DNA of 64,000 nucleotides from Laetmonice hystrix. Taxonomy: Eukaryota. Below are positions 14,201 through 24,683 of this stretch, one piece after another. The DNA is taken from contig OZ249443.1 in assembly GCA_965235115.1 (NCBI GenBank), positions 18,910,001 through 18,974,000 of the forward strand, given 5' to 3'. Position 1 is the first letter of the stretch. Each line of letters opens with the position of its first letter. The notes under the pieces are model-generated. The model saw only the letters and a list, made by a program, of their open reading frames with translations. It had not been told where the DNA came from and did not search any database. A program made the translations under genes and the position numbers.

Positions 14201-17200
14201 CGTCAATAGTCTAAATAAATTCTGCCCCTTCTTAATTACAGTTTATCTTGGGCTTAAGAGGGCTCTCAAAGGTTTTAAGGTTTTGATTTCTCAGAGCAGA
14301 TGTATGACTTTCCAGATTAAATAAAGCTCCTTCTACACTATGTGGCATGGATCATATGTAAAAGCGCATGCTAATATTTAGGTTTCTCCTGTCTCAAATA
14401 CATAGTACTATGGTTGTCTTATGTCTTGACATTTGCTCAGCTTGTTTTCAATTAATCACATTTTTCATAGGATGGAAAGATTTATTACATCACAGCAAAT
14501 ATAGAAATGTCATGTTAATAATCCTGTCTAGACTAATCCTATCTATACTTGCTTACACTGTAATTTGACTGATGGTGCTTTCACCCTAGAGTACGACAAC
14601 TATAAGACAATGACAGTACAAAGTCAAAATGTCTTGCTGGTGTTGGACCATAATTTGCTGTCAAAGCACCATAACTCTCCATTAAGAACACTAAAAGAAT
14701 TTTTACATCTAATCTGATTCTCAGGTTTGCTCAGGTCTTTATAGTTTTAATCACAGATGGTCATGGGATTGACAGATTATAGACTTGACATCATTGCTTA
14801 TCCTGAGAAATTTTAATAACTGATCCACTAAGAATTATTTAAATCAACCACTTTGTTCTAAATGGTTTGGTGCTATATCCGGATGTCTAAAACAAATTTA
14901 ACTAAAAAGTTGCAATAAGTTTGTTAGCAGTTTGCAGTTAGGTCAAAAAGTCTGCTACTGACTAACTCTGAGATCCACATTCTGAATACTATTTTTTTCA
15001 AGTTCAAACTACATAGAAGACCCCCTAGCCCTTTACAAACCAATCCACGAGTCGTAGCTAGTGATCCTCTGAACATTAGCAATTCTGCAACAATTGAAAT
15101 GCTAGTTTAAAATACCATTCAGGTGCTTGCATCAGTCCTATCGATCCATTGGTTATATTTCAGGAATCAAGACCAGTTAGGTTCATCCTCTGCATACACC
15201 TTCTGATTGATTTATAACTTATCCCCTCCCCCACAAAAAAAACAAATTTTCTCTGGAGAAAATTCTTGCAGATAATGCTCTCTCCAAGTCTGGCACTGTA
15301 TGGGATAAGTTGGGCTAAGGGTTACTCAAAATAGGCCCTCTGTCACTGCTTTAGCTTTTAATTAAAGGAATCTTAAATACACTAAAACTTACCACTGAAA
15401 AGGGATTCTCACCTGTACAAGGGCTATAATGGTTTCTAGCCATGGCACGACACACACGACATGGTCAACCACCGTTTCTTCATAAAAATCATTTTCATAA
15501 AATTGCAGATTAATAATTCGAGCTTCTCCAGACTAACATTACAATGCAAGACCCAAATATTTACCTCTTCTGCACTTTCAAGACAAACTACAATAGCTTG
15601 CCCTTATTCAAATTCACATAAATTTTCTTCATTAGCTTTCCTGGTTTTCAACACCCTTGGGTGACTGCATCAGTCCTATCGATCCATTGGTTCTAGTTCA
15701 GGAATCAAGACCATTACAAGTCATCCTCTACAGTCACCCATATGGCATTTATCTGTTACTTCACGTCACAGCTTACTTTCTACTTGAGCACTGTTTATGG
15801 TGGAGATGACTGCCCTTCAGTTCTAGGTAGGTAATCGTGAAGCTAGCAAAAAAAATTTTTTAAGGGTGTAATTTGGTGCAACCTGGTGCCTCTATCGCTT
15901 CCCAACAACTGATTTTCATCATACCTATCACAAGCCGTCTCAGTTTTATAGCACGTGGGTAATTTTCGTTGTATATTGGGCCAACATACAACGAAAATCA
16001 CCCAATCAATATCGATATTATTGGCCCTAAACTATTAACGAAGAGCAGCATCTCAACCCCCTTTGGTCAAGCATCGGGCCTGATACACTTCTACTCCAAC
16101 AAGTCGGAGTCCTTGTCCTTACGGACTCTGACCGTCGAGTACAAATACACCAGCGACTGTTATCCTGCTGGGATCTATCTCGGTCCTTTTGGCGCTGAAA
16201 CTTGCTGAGTACACTAAAGATGTTACTTAACAGATACGTCAATGTATTTTGTTGAATGTTAATTTAATAGGTAAAATTCTCAGTTTGTCACACGGCGCGC
16301 CGCAGATGGCTGACGGAGAGCTCTACGGACCCGACTTGCTCATAAACAACCAGACTGTGTGGACGTTATATTTGCATACCTGCCAACATTTGGTCGACGG
16401 AATCCGGGATCATCCCAAATTGACTTTTGATACTCTCTCTATGGGCCCCTTTCTTTTATCCATCTCTCTCTCTCTCTTCCTCTCTATTACTGACAGAAAG
16501 CACAACTCTGATTTACTAAACTTAGTCTAGAGATCTAGTTATATGGCAGGAACCATAAACGATCTTTTTGCCAGTGAAACTCTGCCATGAGCGAGGTGGC
16601 TCTCATTTGTTGGGCACTTAGCGATTACAATAGTTGATCTAGAGTTGTTGATACACTCCTCTAACTCAGTAGACCGTCCTAGTCAAGTTGACGGCTTTTC
16701 CCGGGACCGCGGCAGGGTGGGCAGAGTCGAGTGTCTATCAGAGGCACGGCGGGCGGGCGGGCGGGCGGGCATAGTACCGAGGGGCGGACATGACCGGGCG
16801 GACATGGAGACGGGCGGACACGTCGTGTATTCTTAGAGAGTAATCCGGAATGCGGAATACCACATTCAAATGCGGAAAGATTCCGCAGAATGCGGAAGGA
16901 TTGGCAGGTATGTATTTGTCCAATAATCATAATCACAATAGAAATTTCATTACCGTTGCTCTCTGAAAATATCGATTTCATGCTCAGTGGAAGAAGTTTA
17001 ATACCAAAACAAAGGCCGCAAAGTTGCGATAACGGACCTCCTGGCAGAGCATCTAAGAATCGCTGGGCTAGGGTCACTCGATAACGCAACACTTCCAAAT
17101 ATTTGTAGTAGATCATAAGGTAGATCACCTTTCTGGTCTGGCACAACCAGTTTCATAAAACTTCCTGTCAATTTACTGACATGGAAAACTTACAGTTTTG

Positions 17201-17772
17201 AGGTCATCCAGCTGCTTCATAAGCTCCTCCTTCTTCTTGCCCCGGAGATCTCTAGCCTTTACCTTCACCTAAAAGGGAAACAAAACTCGACTGCAAACGA
17301 CTGCCAGCTCTGCCTTGTGTCAATCTGTGTTAGGCTTCATTGCCATTTTATACGAGAGCCATGTGCAACAACAAATTAAATGTAGACCGAATACGAGACC
17401 GTCGACTACTACTCGACTTGATTTGAAATTCCCGCTATAAATGTGACTTCATATTCTGCATACTTAGGGCCCTTCAAATACTTTCTAAATACTGGAAACA
17501 ACCGAAATCCTCTGTTATTCGAGGACTCTCCTCTGGGCGATATTTGGTGAAATAATGGCTGACACACACGCACCGAATACCATCAACAAGGACACTAGAG
17601 TATCATCGACAGTAAATATCCCCACAAATACTTAACTAGCGACAACAATATATATTGAAAGCATATATATAAACAATCAGCTGCAAAACTTATAGTCTAA
17701 AATCTTTGAAATCCGCAGGATCTCGAAGATGTAACTCGATTTTTAAAACGTGCTGTACATCATACCAACCAT
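11266..17772 (-). CDS. RPL35: 60S ribosomal protein L35 (uL29), 123 aa
   Basis: Exons: ATG only 17770-17772 (CAAAATG|GTTGGT), 17194-17268 ([25 protein letters not shown]), 11634-11695 ([21 protein letters not shown]), 11266-11497 ([10 protein letters not shown]...RKFAVKA*). AATAAA on - strand at 11183-11188. Confidence 0.98.
11827..11901 (-). ncRNA. SNORD110: Box C/D snoRNA, SNORD110-like (18S Um1288-equivalent guide), copy 1
   Basis: Terminal stem TTGC/GCAA; box C ATGATGT; guide AATCTGTCAATCC (11867-11879) complementary to 18S GGAUUGACAGAUU; D' ATGA; C' GTGATTA; D CTGA. The D'+5 rule points to the first U of GGAUU. Confidence 0.9.
12184..12258 (-). ncRNA. SNORD110: SNORD110-like box C/D snoRNA, copy 2
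   Basis: Same boxes, stem and intact 13-nt guide as copy 1. Confidence 0.88.
12537..12605 (-). pseudogene. SNORD110-like copy with the guide deleted
   Basis: Boxes C and D and stem retained; gggattgacagat removed (ttttcat|tatatag). Remnants with the same deletion at ~13085-13128 and ~14110-14153. Confidence 0.8.
12954..13024 (-). ncRNA. SNORD110: SNORD110-like box C/D snoRNA, variant with external stem (copy 4)
   Basis: C ATGATGT, intact guide, D' ATGA, C' GTGATTA, D CTGA; flanking 8-bp stem TTCTCAGG/CCTGAGAA (12945-12952 and 13029-13036). Confidence 0.85.
13408..13482 (-). ncRNA. SNORD110: SNORD110-like box C/D snoRNA (copy 5)
   Basis: TTTGC/GCAAA stem, box C GTGATGT, intact guide, D' ATGA, D CTGA. 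Confidence 0.85.
13710..13780 (-). ncRNA. SNORD110: SNORD110-like box C/D snoRNA with external stem (copy 6)
   Basis: As copy 4; intact guide. Confidence 0.85.
13979..14049 (-). ncRNA. SNORD110: SNORD110-like box C/D snoRNA with external stem (copy 7)
   Basis: As copy 4; intact guide. Confidence 0.85.
14433..14499 (-). pseudogene. SNORD110-like copy with altered guide (AATCTTTCCATCC)
   Basis: Duplicate of copy 5 with boxes retained, but the guide reads ggatggaaagatt on + instead of ggattgacagatt. Confidence 0.7.
14727..14797 (-). ncRNA. SNORD110: SNORD110-like box C/D snoRNA with external stem (copy 9)
   Basis: As copy 4; intact guide. Confidence 0.85.
15128..15194 (-). ncRNA. Second box C/D snoRNA family, double guide, copy 1
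   Basis: TGCA/TGCA stem; C-like GGATGA; D' guide TGGTCTTGATTC-CTGA; D guide ATGGATCGATAGGA-CTGA, complementary to the conserved 28S segment CCUAUCGAUCC. Confidence 0.8.
15661..15737 (-). ncRNA. Second box C/D snoRNA family, double guide, copy 2
   Basis: 9-bp terminal stem GTGACTGTA/TGCAGTCAC; both guides and all boxes identical to 15128-15194 while spacers and flanks differ. Confidence 0.82.
16690..16832. mobile_element. Solo end of a MULE-like foldback element (GGGCGGACA arms, ...GTATTC terminus)
   Basis: Three GGGCGGACA motifs ending in GTATTC, the same terminus as elements at 39006, 39843 and 47811. No partner end or TSD found. Confidence 0.5.
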
Positions 17773-18117
17773 TTTGGATATCGTATGGCTGCCAAAAGAC
17801 CGAACCCGAGGCTGGCCGAAATTACCAGAGTTCCTGCAGTACGAAAGGAAAGTTCAATCTCGAACGCTTAAATGTTTCATTTAATTGTTTAAGTAATCTG
17901 TTAACCGAAAGTAATATAGTTAATGTAATAGAATCATAACTAGAGTTCTCCCATCTCTGGGTAATAAATATTTATAAAAACTGCAGTATTCTATAGACGG
18001 GATATCAGGGTTTGAGGTAAATATCCAGTTGACTTCCGGGTGGGTGTTGTGTCAGGTCGCCGGTTGTAGTGTACAGCTGGTCAAGTACTCATAATTCGCT
18101 CTCTCAACTCGTAAAGA
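17773..18117. promoter_or_regulatory. Bidirectional promoter RPL35/ARPC5 with TCT/TOP-like start for RPL35
   Basis: Minus-strand TCTTTT at 17794-17799, 26 nt before the RPL35 ATG; ETS-like ACTTCCGG at ~18032-18039; start codons 345 bp apart, head to head. Confidence 0.7.
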
Positions 18118-20232
18118 ATGGCGAAAAATACTGGAAATGCTCAATTCCGTAAACTAAATGTTAATGTATACAGTGATGACGAGGAGGAAGAGGAACCACA
18201 GGTAGATGGAGATACACAAGGACCAAATGAAGGAGAGGTGCAAAGTCTGCTCTCATCGTATCCTTCCGGTTTCCGGGGGGGGGGGGGGGGGGGGGGCTTT
18301 AATTATTTTTGTAAACTCTGTTTGATGTGACTGTTGATTGTTGTGCATGAAGTAGTTGAATTCACAGGCAGTGAGTCACTCCCGTATTTTGGTCCTTTCC
18401 ATGGTCCAAACTTTACTAGTACTGCCGGCTGGTCTTTTAAAAGGTGTGATAGGTAAAATCTTTTTTTTTTTTTGTGGTGGTGGTGGGGGGAGGGGGCAAC
18501 CTGAGTCTTATGGCGATTTCCATGAGATGTGAGCAAGCGATTTGTTTTGGTCAGGTGTGCGTCAAAGGTAGAAATAGTTGATTGCAGTAATTTGCACCAG
18601 ACGCACCCACACATCATGACTTCACGCGCACTTTTGTTAAGGTGGTCATCTTTCGACGTAACAAACTAGGTCTAGGAAATCTTCAGACTCGACGCTGCCA
18701 TGTTGGGTTTTGCGCTCGCACCAGGTGGCAAGATAAAGATATTCTATGTACATTTTTTATTCTTTTATTTAATTTTTTACAGAAATCCAGAAGGTGTGGC
18801 ATGTAGGAAATTTCTGCTAACCGAGGGATGTAAGTGGTCATCTGGGGACTGTGGTATTTCTGGGGGGGGGGGGGGGGGATTTTTCTTGGACAGCCCAAAG
18901 CTGGCTTTTGGCAGGGTTATGTGACTATTAAGCTTCAATCATATTAGATAAGGCCACTTAAAATTAATAAATTGTTTTACATGGCCGGCCGCCTCAGTTT
19001 TTTTGGCGCCGCCTCGATTTTTTTTATATTTTATATTTTTCAAAAAGTCTGTTTTTTTCATCCCCAAAACCGTCTCCCACAGTTCTGTCAGGGTGTTACA
19101 GTTAAAGTGACCCTCAAGGTATAGAAGGGCTGTACAAAATGTTGAGATATTGAGAAATTGAAAGTATTTTTCCAGTATTGGTGATCTCTGTTGTCCTTCT
19201 TCTTGTCGAGGAAAAATATAAAATATAAAATGCACTACTCACCAACATTTCAGAAGTTGGAGTCATGTAAAACAATTTATTAATTTTAAGTGGCCTAATG
19301 CTCTACAGGGGATTTAGGTGACTATCCAATTAACACCCAATTTGCAACAGAAATTAAAATAATTCTCACTCTAGTGCAAAAAGCTGGATATGCCCCTGTG
19401 GGTAATTCAAATACTAGTCCCAGTCTAGGCTCATCCTTAACCATTCCACAGCAACCGAAATCTTGATGCCTTGAAGTTGGCGTTGAATAATTCTCCACTC
19501 AACACCAAAAACCAAGCAGTAAAGGTAAGCAACGTACCAAACACTACAATGCAGTGATCCCTTGTGCAGGCCCATTTTATTGAGAACATCATGTTTGCAA
19601 ATATGTCTCTCATCTTATTGTACTAATCTCCTGTGTATAGTTAGCAGTGCAACAGAAATTCCAGGAATATATTGTAATTTGTACATAAAAATGTTGATTA
19701 ATAAAATATTCCTTTTTAGGACCGTGCGATGCAGTTGGTAGTAAGGGTTCTTCTCTCTTTCAAAACAAGTGAAATTGATAATGCTGTGAAATCACTGGAC
19801 AACACTTCCCTGGACATCTTGATGAAGTACATCTATCGTGGCTTTGAATTCCCAACAGAGGGCAGCAGTGCACAGTTATTAACCTGGCATGAAAAGGTAA
19901 ACAATCAGAATAACTAAGGACTGCCAAAGCAAGTCACAGATATTGTGAATGATAGGCATTTCCTTGGATCAGATGGCTATTTTAAATAATTATGACAATT
20001 GGCCTCAATAGTGAAACTTAAATCTTGTGAGCATTGAATCAGTGATTCCTAATTATATTATGGTCTTTGTACGAAATTATCTTGCATTATAATAATTAAT
20101 GATTTTATTACTTCAAACCTACACAAGACAAGCTATTTAGTCATTTCTTTTATTTCTTCCATTGTCCAGGCATTTGCTGTAGGTGGTCTGGGGAGTATAG
20201 TGCGCGTACTGACTGACAGGAAGAGGGTGTGA
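18118..20232 (+). CDS. ARPC5: Arp2/3 complex subunit 5 (p16-Arc; pro-ortholog of ARPC5/ARPC5L), 150 aa
   Basis: Exons 18118-18257, 19452-19524, 19720-19896, 20170-20232. Peptides [65 protein letters not shown]. Confidence 0.97.
18258..19451 (+). other. U12-type (minor spliceosome) GT-AG intron
   Basis: 5' splice site GTATCCTT at 18258; branch site TCCTTAAC at 19434-19441, 10 nt before the terminal CAG; joining restores the ARPC5 frame. Confidence 0.93.
18952..19295. mobile_element. PIF/Harbinger-like (Tourist-type) MITE, 344 bp
   Basis: Perfect 32-bp TIR GGCCACTTAAAATTAATAAATTGTTTTACATG; TAA TSD on both sides. Confidence 0.85.
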
Positions 20233-22419
20233 GGCCACTGGTTCAACTGAAGCAGGATTTGGACCTGCCGTCACATTACACAATAAGGATTCTGTGTGAA
20301 TCAGGCCCTTTATTACCAAAACCCTGGGAACTACCGGTATCATCAGTTAGGACCGTATAGACAATAAAGGGATTTTATGAGTGATTTCAGAACTTTTTCA
20401 CAAGTTGAAAATAGATATTTCAAACTTTTAGAGAGGCATTAATTTTAATTGTTTTTTTTCGTGACTGGTGTATATTCCTGTACACATTGCATCCATAAAG
20501 TTCAAAAATGGTGATTGAGAACACCATAATTTACATAAACTGATTGTGAACCAAGAATGGTCACAAGCTCCGAAAACAGGAAATGATGGAAAACTTGTGT
20601 ATATAAATGTAGCTCTGATAGGTTTTATTCCAAGCATGGGGCCATATACAATATGTACTGTAGTGTAAGTCAAATCTTCAGCTTTGAATGCCAGTCTAAC
20701 AATGATGTGTTCTCCATAATAAAATTATACCTGTGTCTACATGGTATGCCTCCTAGTTATGGTAGCTCCACAAAGTAAATAGCAATGGTACTAGTACTGT
20801 GTTGGAGGTGCTTAAAACCACAGTCTTGTGGTTAACAATAATATAAGCAAAGGATTTACTGTAAGATCTTCTGTCTTACTGAAAAGGACTTTAGGTGAAG
20901 TTTAGAGTAAGATTATGTAATGTACGTTGCAGTAAATTACACTCCTTAATTATAATCACCCCACAGGCCTCGTAACAGTATGTCGGATCTGATAAACTGG
21001 AGTACGGTATTTTGTGGGACAGAACATTCTTGAATGAGAATTCCAAAGGGTAATCATGTATACAAAACATAATTTCCATAGGAAATAAGAGTGTTAATTC
21101 TGATGACGTCACAATATATTCAGATTGTAGCAAACATTTTTTGGGCAATTTTTGATAGTGATCATTAGCCCTCCCCCCAATAATATTGTGCCATCTTGTG
21201 ACTGTAAGTATCTCATTTTGCAAGAGTATAAGATTAAGAGGTACAAAAGTGTATATATGAAAAGAAGTCACTTTTCTAGGAATACGTGATGTAAATGTAA
21301 GTTTGCTAAATAAATATACATTTCTTATAAAACCTGTTTTGTTGGAAGTTTTTTAATAAGAAGCCACAGTTCCCTTCTGTTATCAGGCACATTTTTTTTT
21401 TAAATCTCGATTTATCTCCGAGATTTAAGACATACCTGACCAGCCAAATGTGATTTACATATACATGTATGTTTATTCTGGCATAAGCAATTTTAATGTG
21501 TTCACTCATGTCCTTGATCCTATCTTTGCTTGTCTAAAGCAATTTTTATTTTTATTACCTAGTTGAAAGGTTGGCACCAACGTATAGACCACCTCGCTTT
21601 ATCAAACCAGCATGCAAATTTCTACCAATTTTGACATAAATATTTTTATTAAATTATGCAGTAATCACCTTTTAATAAATAAACAAGACTTGTTTTACCG
21701 TAGAATGTTTACATATCCATAAAATTTATTATACATTATTAACCTTTTCCTTGCAGTGATGAGAACCGTTGCTTCAAACCAGTAAGCACATTCGTTGTAC
21801 TGCAATATACAATAACATCAATTAATGTTACATAACAATTTCCAGATATTAATACACAGAATCACAGAGTCCAAGTTAAACTAGAAAATGTACTTGAAAT
21901 CAAGCCTCCCCTCCACGTCAGGTTGTTTTTAACAGCCTGGCAGGACTCTGACTGCCGAGTTATCTGTGTTTCTCTGGGTGGTAGGTTGTAGTACACCCCC
22001 AAGGTTGCAGATTTAGCTCGAGCACTTGTCCGTCTCATACTGGGACGACAGTATGCAGTTTGGTCTGCACCCTTTGAAGGCACTGAGTCGTGGACAAAGG
22101 TGAGGCCTCCAGTATAAAATATTTGAAATATTCGTATAAAGATGTGTATGAATAAGCAAAACGTTTCAGTCTATGTCGGCAGCTCAAAATAATCCTGTGA
22201 TTTACTCATGATGCTGTTTTATGGTTTGTATATCTGCTGCCTTTCGACACTGTTTTATTACTATTTTAGACGAAAAGTAAGAAAAAATATCCATCAGAAA
22301 TATAGGAAACACTGAATTTCTAATGTAGATTAAATGCAGAGTTGATCAAACATGTTTAACAATATTTATTTCTATATACACATGTAATTTAGAATCCCTT
22401 TTTCAATTGTTGCCCTTAA

Positions 22420-24683
22420 GGTTACACATGGGTGAAAAAAGTGACTTTTTTAATAATGAAGCTAGACCTTTGATATTATGTCCAAAACATCGACTTGTAA
22501 CAGGAACGAGAAAAAAGGGTGAAATTTTTCGCCATGGCAACAGTTGCCATGGTAATGGCGGCCATCTTGCTTTTTTCTGGACATTCTGACAGGCCTCCTT
22601 AGTCATCCATTAATTTTGCAACTATAATGAATTTTGATGTTATCCCTTTTTACATGGGTTTATAAGAGTCTACTGCACACAATAAGGTGTTTTTGATTTA
22701 TACATTTAAAAGAAAAAATATTCTTTTAACAGCTTTTTCATCAAATTTCAGTTTTTTCAATTTTTTTTCACATTTTAATGGGTTCCTCCTCTGAAATTAT
22801 TGGACTTATCAAAAAGCTAACCCCCTTATTGTGTAGAGCAGGTTTTTATTTATATGTCTGCCAAATTTCATGTCTTTAGGATGATTATTAAAAAAATTAA
22901 TGGATGACTAAGAAGAGCAGATACACCGAAAAGTGGTTTTGAGAAAAACAGCTTTAAAGTTAGGGCTTTGGTATGGTACATAATATCCCCACTTCCAATA
23001 GATCCAATAGTATTTTTTGGATATTTCATGGATAAAACTATATATTTAATTAATGTAAGTTATTTTCCTACTCATATATATATAGTACTTATTCTCGGGC
23101 GGGGCCTCGGAAAATTACTAACCCCAATTTGACCTAATTACAGTCAACTTAAAATAGGTCAACCAATGGTTTGCTAAAATGGATTTGTTAAAAAGGGGTC
23201 TTTTGACCTGCAGCAAATTTCACATTACCAAACAATGTAAATAATATTCAGAACAGTCACCTCTGTATGATTTATGAGTTTTAAATACGCTGCACTCAAT
23301 GACCCCAAGAAATTACTGTACTTTGAAAAGATTTCACACCAATGAACACCAGACAAATTATCCAACCAGGCAACCTATAGTAGCCTACAGAGGGGTAAGG
23401 TCTTGGTGGGTTCAATTTGCTTAGAGTTACTTAGAGAAAAAGTGTCTAGAACAAGTCTAGTGTGATGCTGAACCATCACGCCAACACAGTAATGGCTTAC
23501 CATAGGCATAGGTGTCGGAAGATAAATTTCCCCCGGGCGGGTAGGGGGTGGTTGTTAGCCAACTTTAGGGGAAGAATTTGCTACGGGATGGTTGAACAAC
23601 GTCAGTTCAGAAAATTCTATGGAGAAAAAAGGAAATTGGTTGCCAAAAGGGGTTTAGACCCCCGAACGGCCCCACCCCCCACCCCCCGGATCCGCCACAG
23701 CCTGGCCGGGGGCAAGGGGGGGGGGGGGGCCGGGGCTACCACTGCCTGGTTACTGGTAGGCTACCCGCCTTGGCTCTGGCCCACACAATGTCAAAATAGG
23801 CTGCCAGGCATGGCATAGTGCATTTCAGAGGAGGGGGGCTTCAGCCCCCCCCCCCTGCTTGGATGACAAGGGGGGCAGCCCCCCCCCCCCCTCGCCGGCG
23901 GGTCCAACGCCTCTGTTTTCGTTTGTGCCAGGTGCCACCGTATGTTACCATGGTGATGGTACCATCGACTGGTCGGATCTAGCTCCCTGTACATTCGACT
24001 AACCGTTGCAGCTGCAGCATTTGAAACCATGCTTGGTCCCGTGCTTGGTAGCAACCATTTTGACAGCTATACAGGTGTCTGCTTCCCCCTGTGAACAAGT
24101 TTTAGACCTAACCGGAGTCGTAAACAGACCGGTGACAGAAACAAGGCCGGAAGTTCACCCGAGTGGCCTGTGATCCATTCGGGCCCACTCGGCACCGGCT
24201 GAAGCCCATTGTGACGCTACTGCGCATGCTCATCCTTATGCAAATAAGGTCCATGACCTAGTTCTGTCACGTGATACCCTTATTTGGGAGTTCTCGGGAT
24301 TTCCAGTCATCAGACTCCATCAGAAAAAAGCGGGAATGGAAAGTGGGTGGAGCTAGTATTCCATATATGGTTATGCTTGTAAAGAAGCCATCAAGATTCC
24401 GATTCCAACGGTATACAACACACGTCGGTCGGGCGTGTGCAGTACTGTCTAGCAGTTGACCAAATAGGCCTAATTTGTAGCAATAAATCGTTGGAATTTT
24501 CATTTTAGAACAAAAGCTGGGGTGGTTGTGTTTACTAAGTACTCTTTTTCTATATTTTAAAACCAACTTTGAGGAAAACGGCTTTGGGAAGTGATTGACA
24601 ACATGTGTGGCTATGAGAATATGTCACTCGAAAAAAATCGATGTTTTGACCATATTTTGACATTTCTACACCCGTGTGTAACC
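22420..24683. mobile_element. Non-autonomous Kolobok-like DNA transposon (~2.26 kb) with GC-rich internal insertions
   Basis: TTAA at 22416-22419 and 24684-24687; 15-bp TIR GGTTACACAYGGGTG. TTAA TSD with RR termini fits Kolobok rather than piggyBac (YY). No transposase ORF. Confidence 0.78.

Larger units (their letters stand above)
12925..14970. repeat. Recent ~1.02-kb tandem duplication inside RPL35 intron 2, overlying an older ~360-bp duplication at 11820-12610
   Basis: Matching snoRNA copies are offset by 1025 (12954/13979), 1025 (13408/14433) and 1017 (13710/14727), with near-identical spacers. Confidence 0.92.

Noticed and set aside
12050-14360. Third repeated element (ATGATC...CTGA on -, at ~12050, 12405, 12745, 13262, 14287) as a C/D snoRNA
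   Set aside because: Poor box C, no terminal stem, sequence upstream of CTGA varies between copies, and no rRNA/snRNA complement I could recognise; may be duplicated spacer.
11820-14970. CRISPR-like repeat-spacer pattern around catgggattgacagatta
   Set aside because: The spacers are homologous duplicates, and the conserved word is explained as a snoRNA guide.
17581-17583. Alternative ATG|GTATTC as RPL35 exon 1
   Set aside because: 17770-17772 has a better context (CAAAATG|GTTGGT) and a TCT/TOP start 26 nt upstream.
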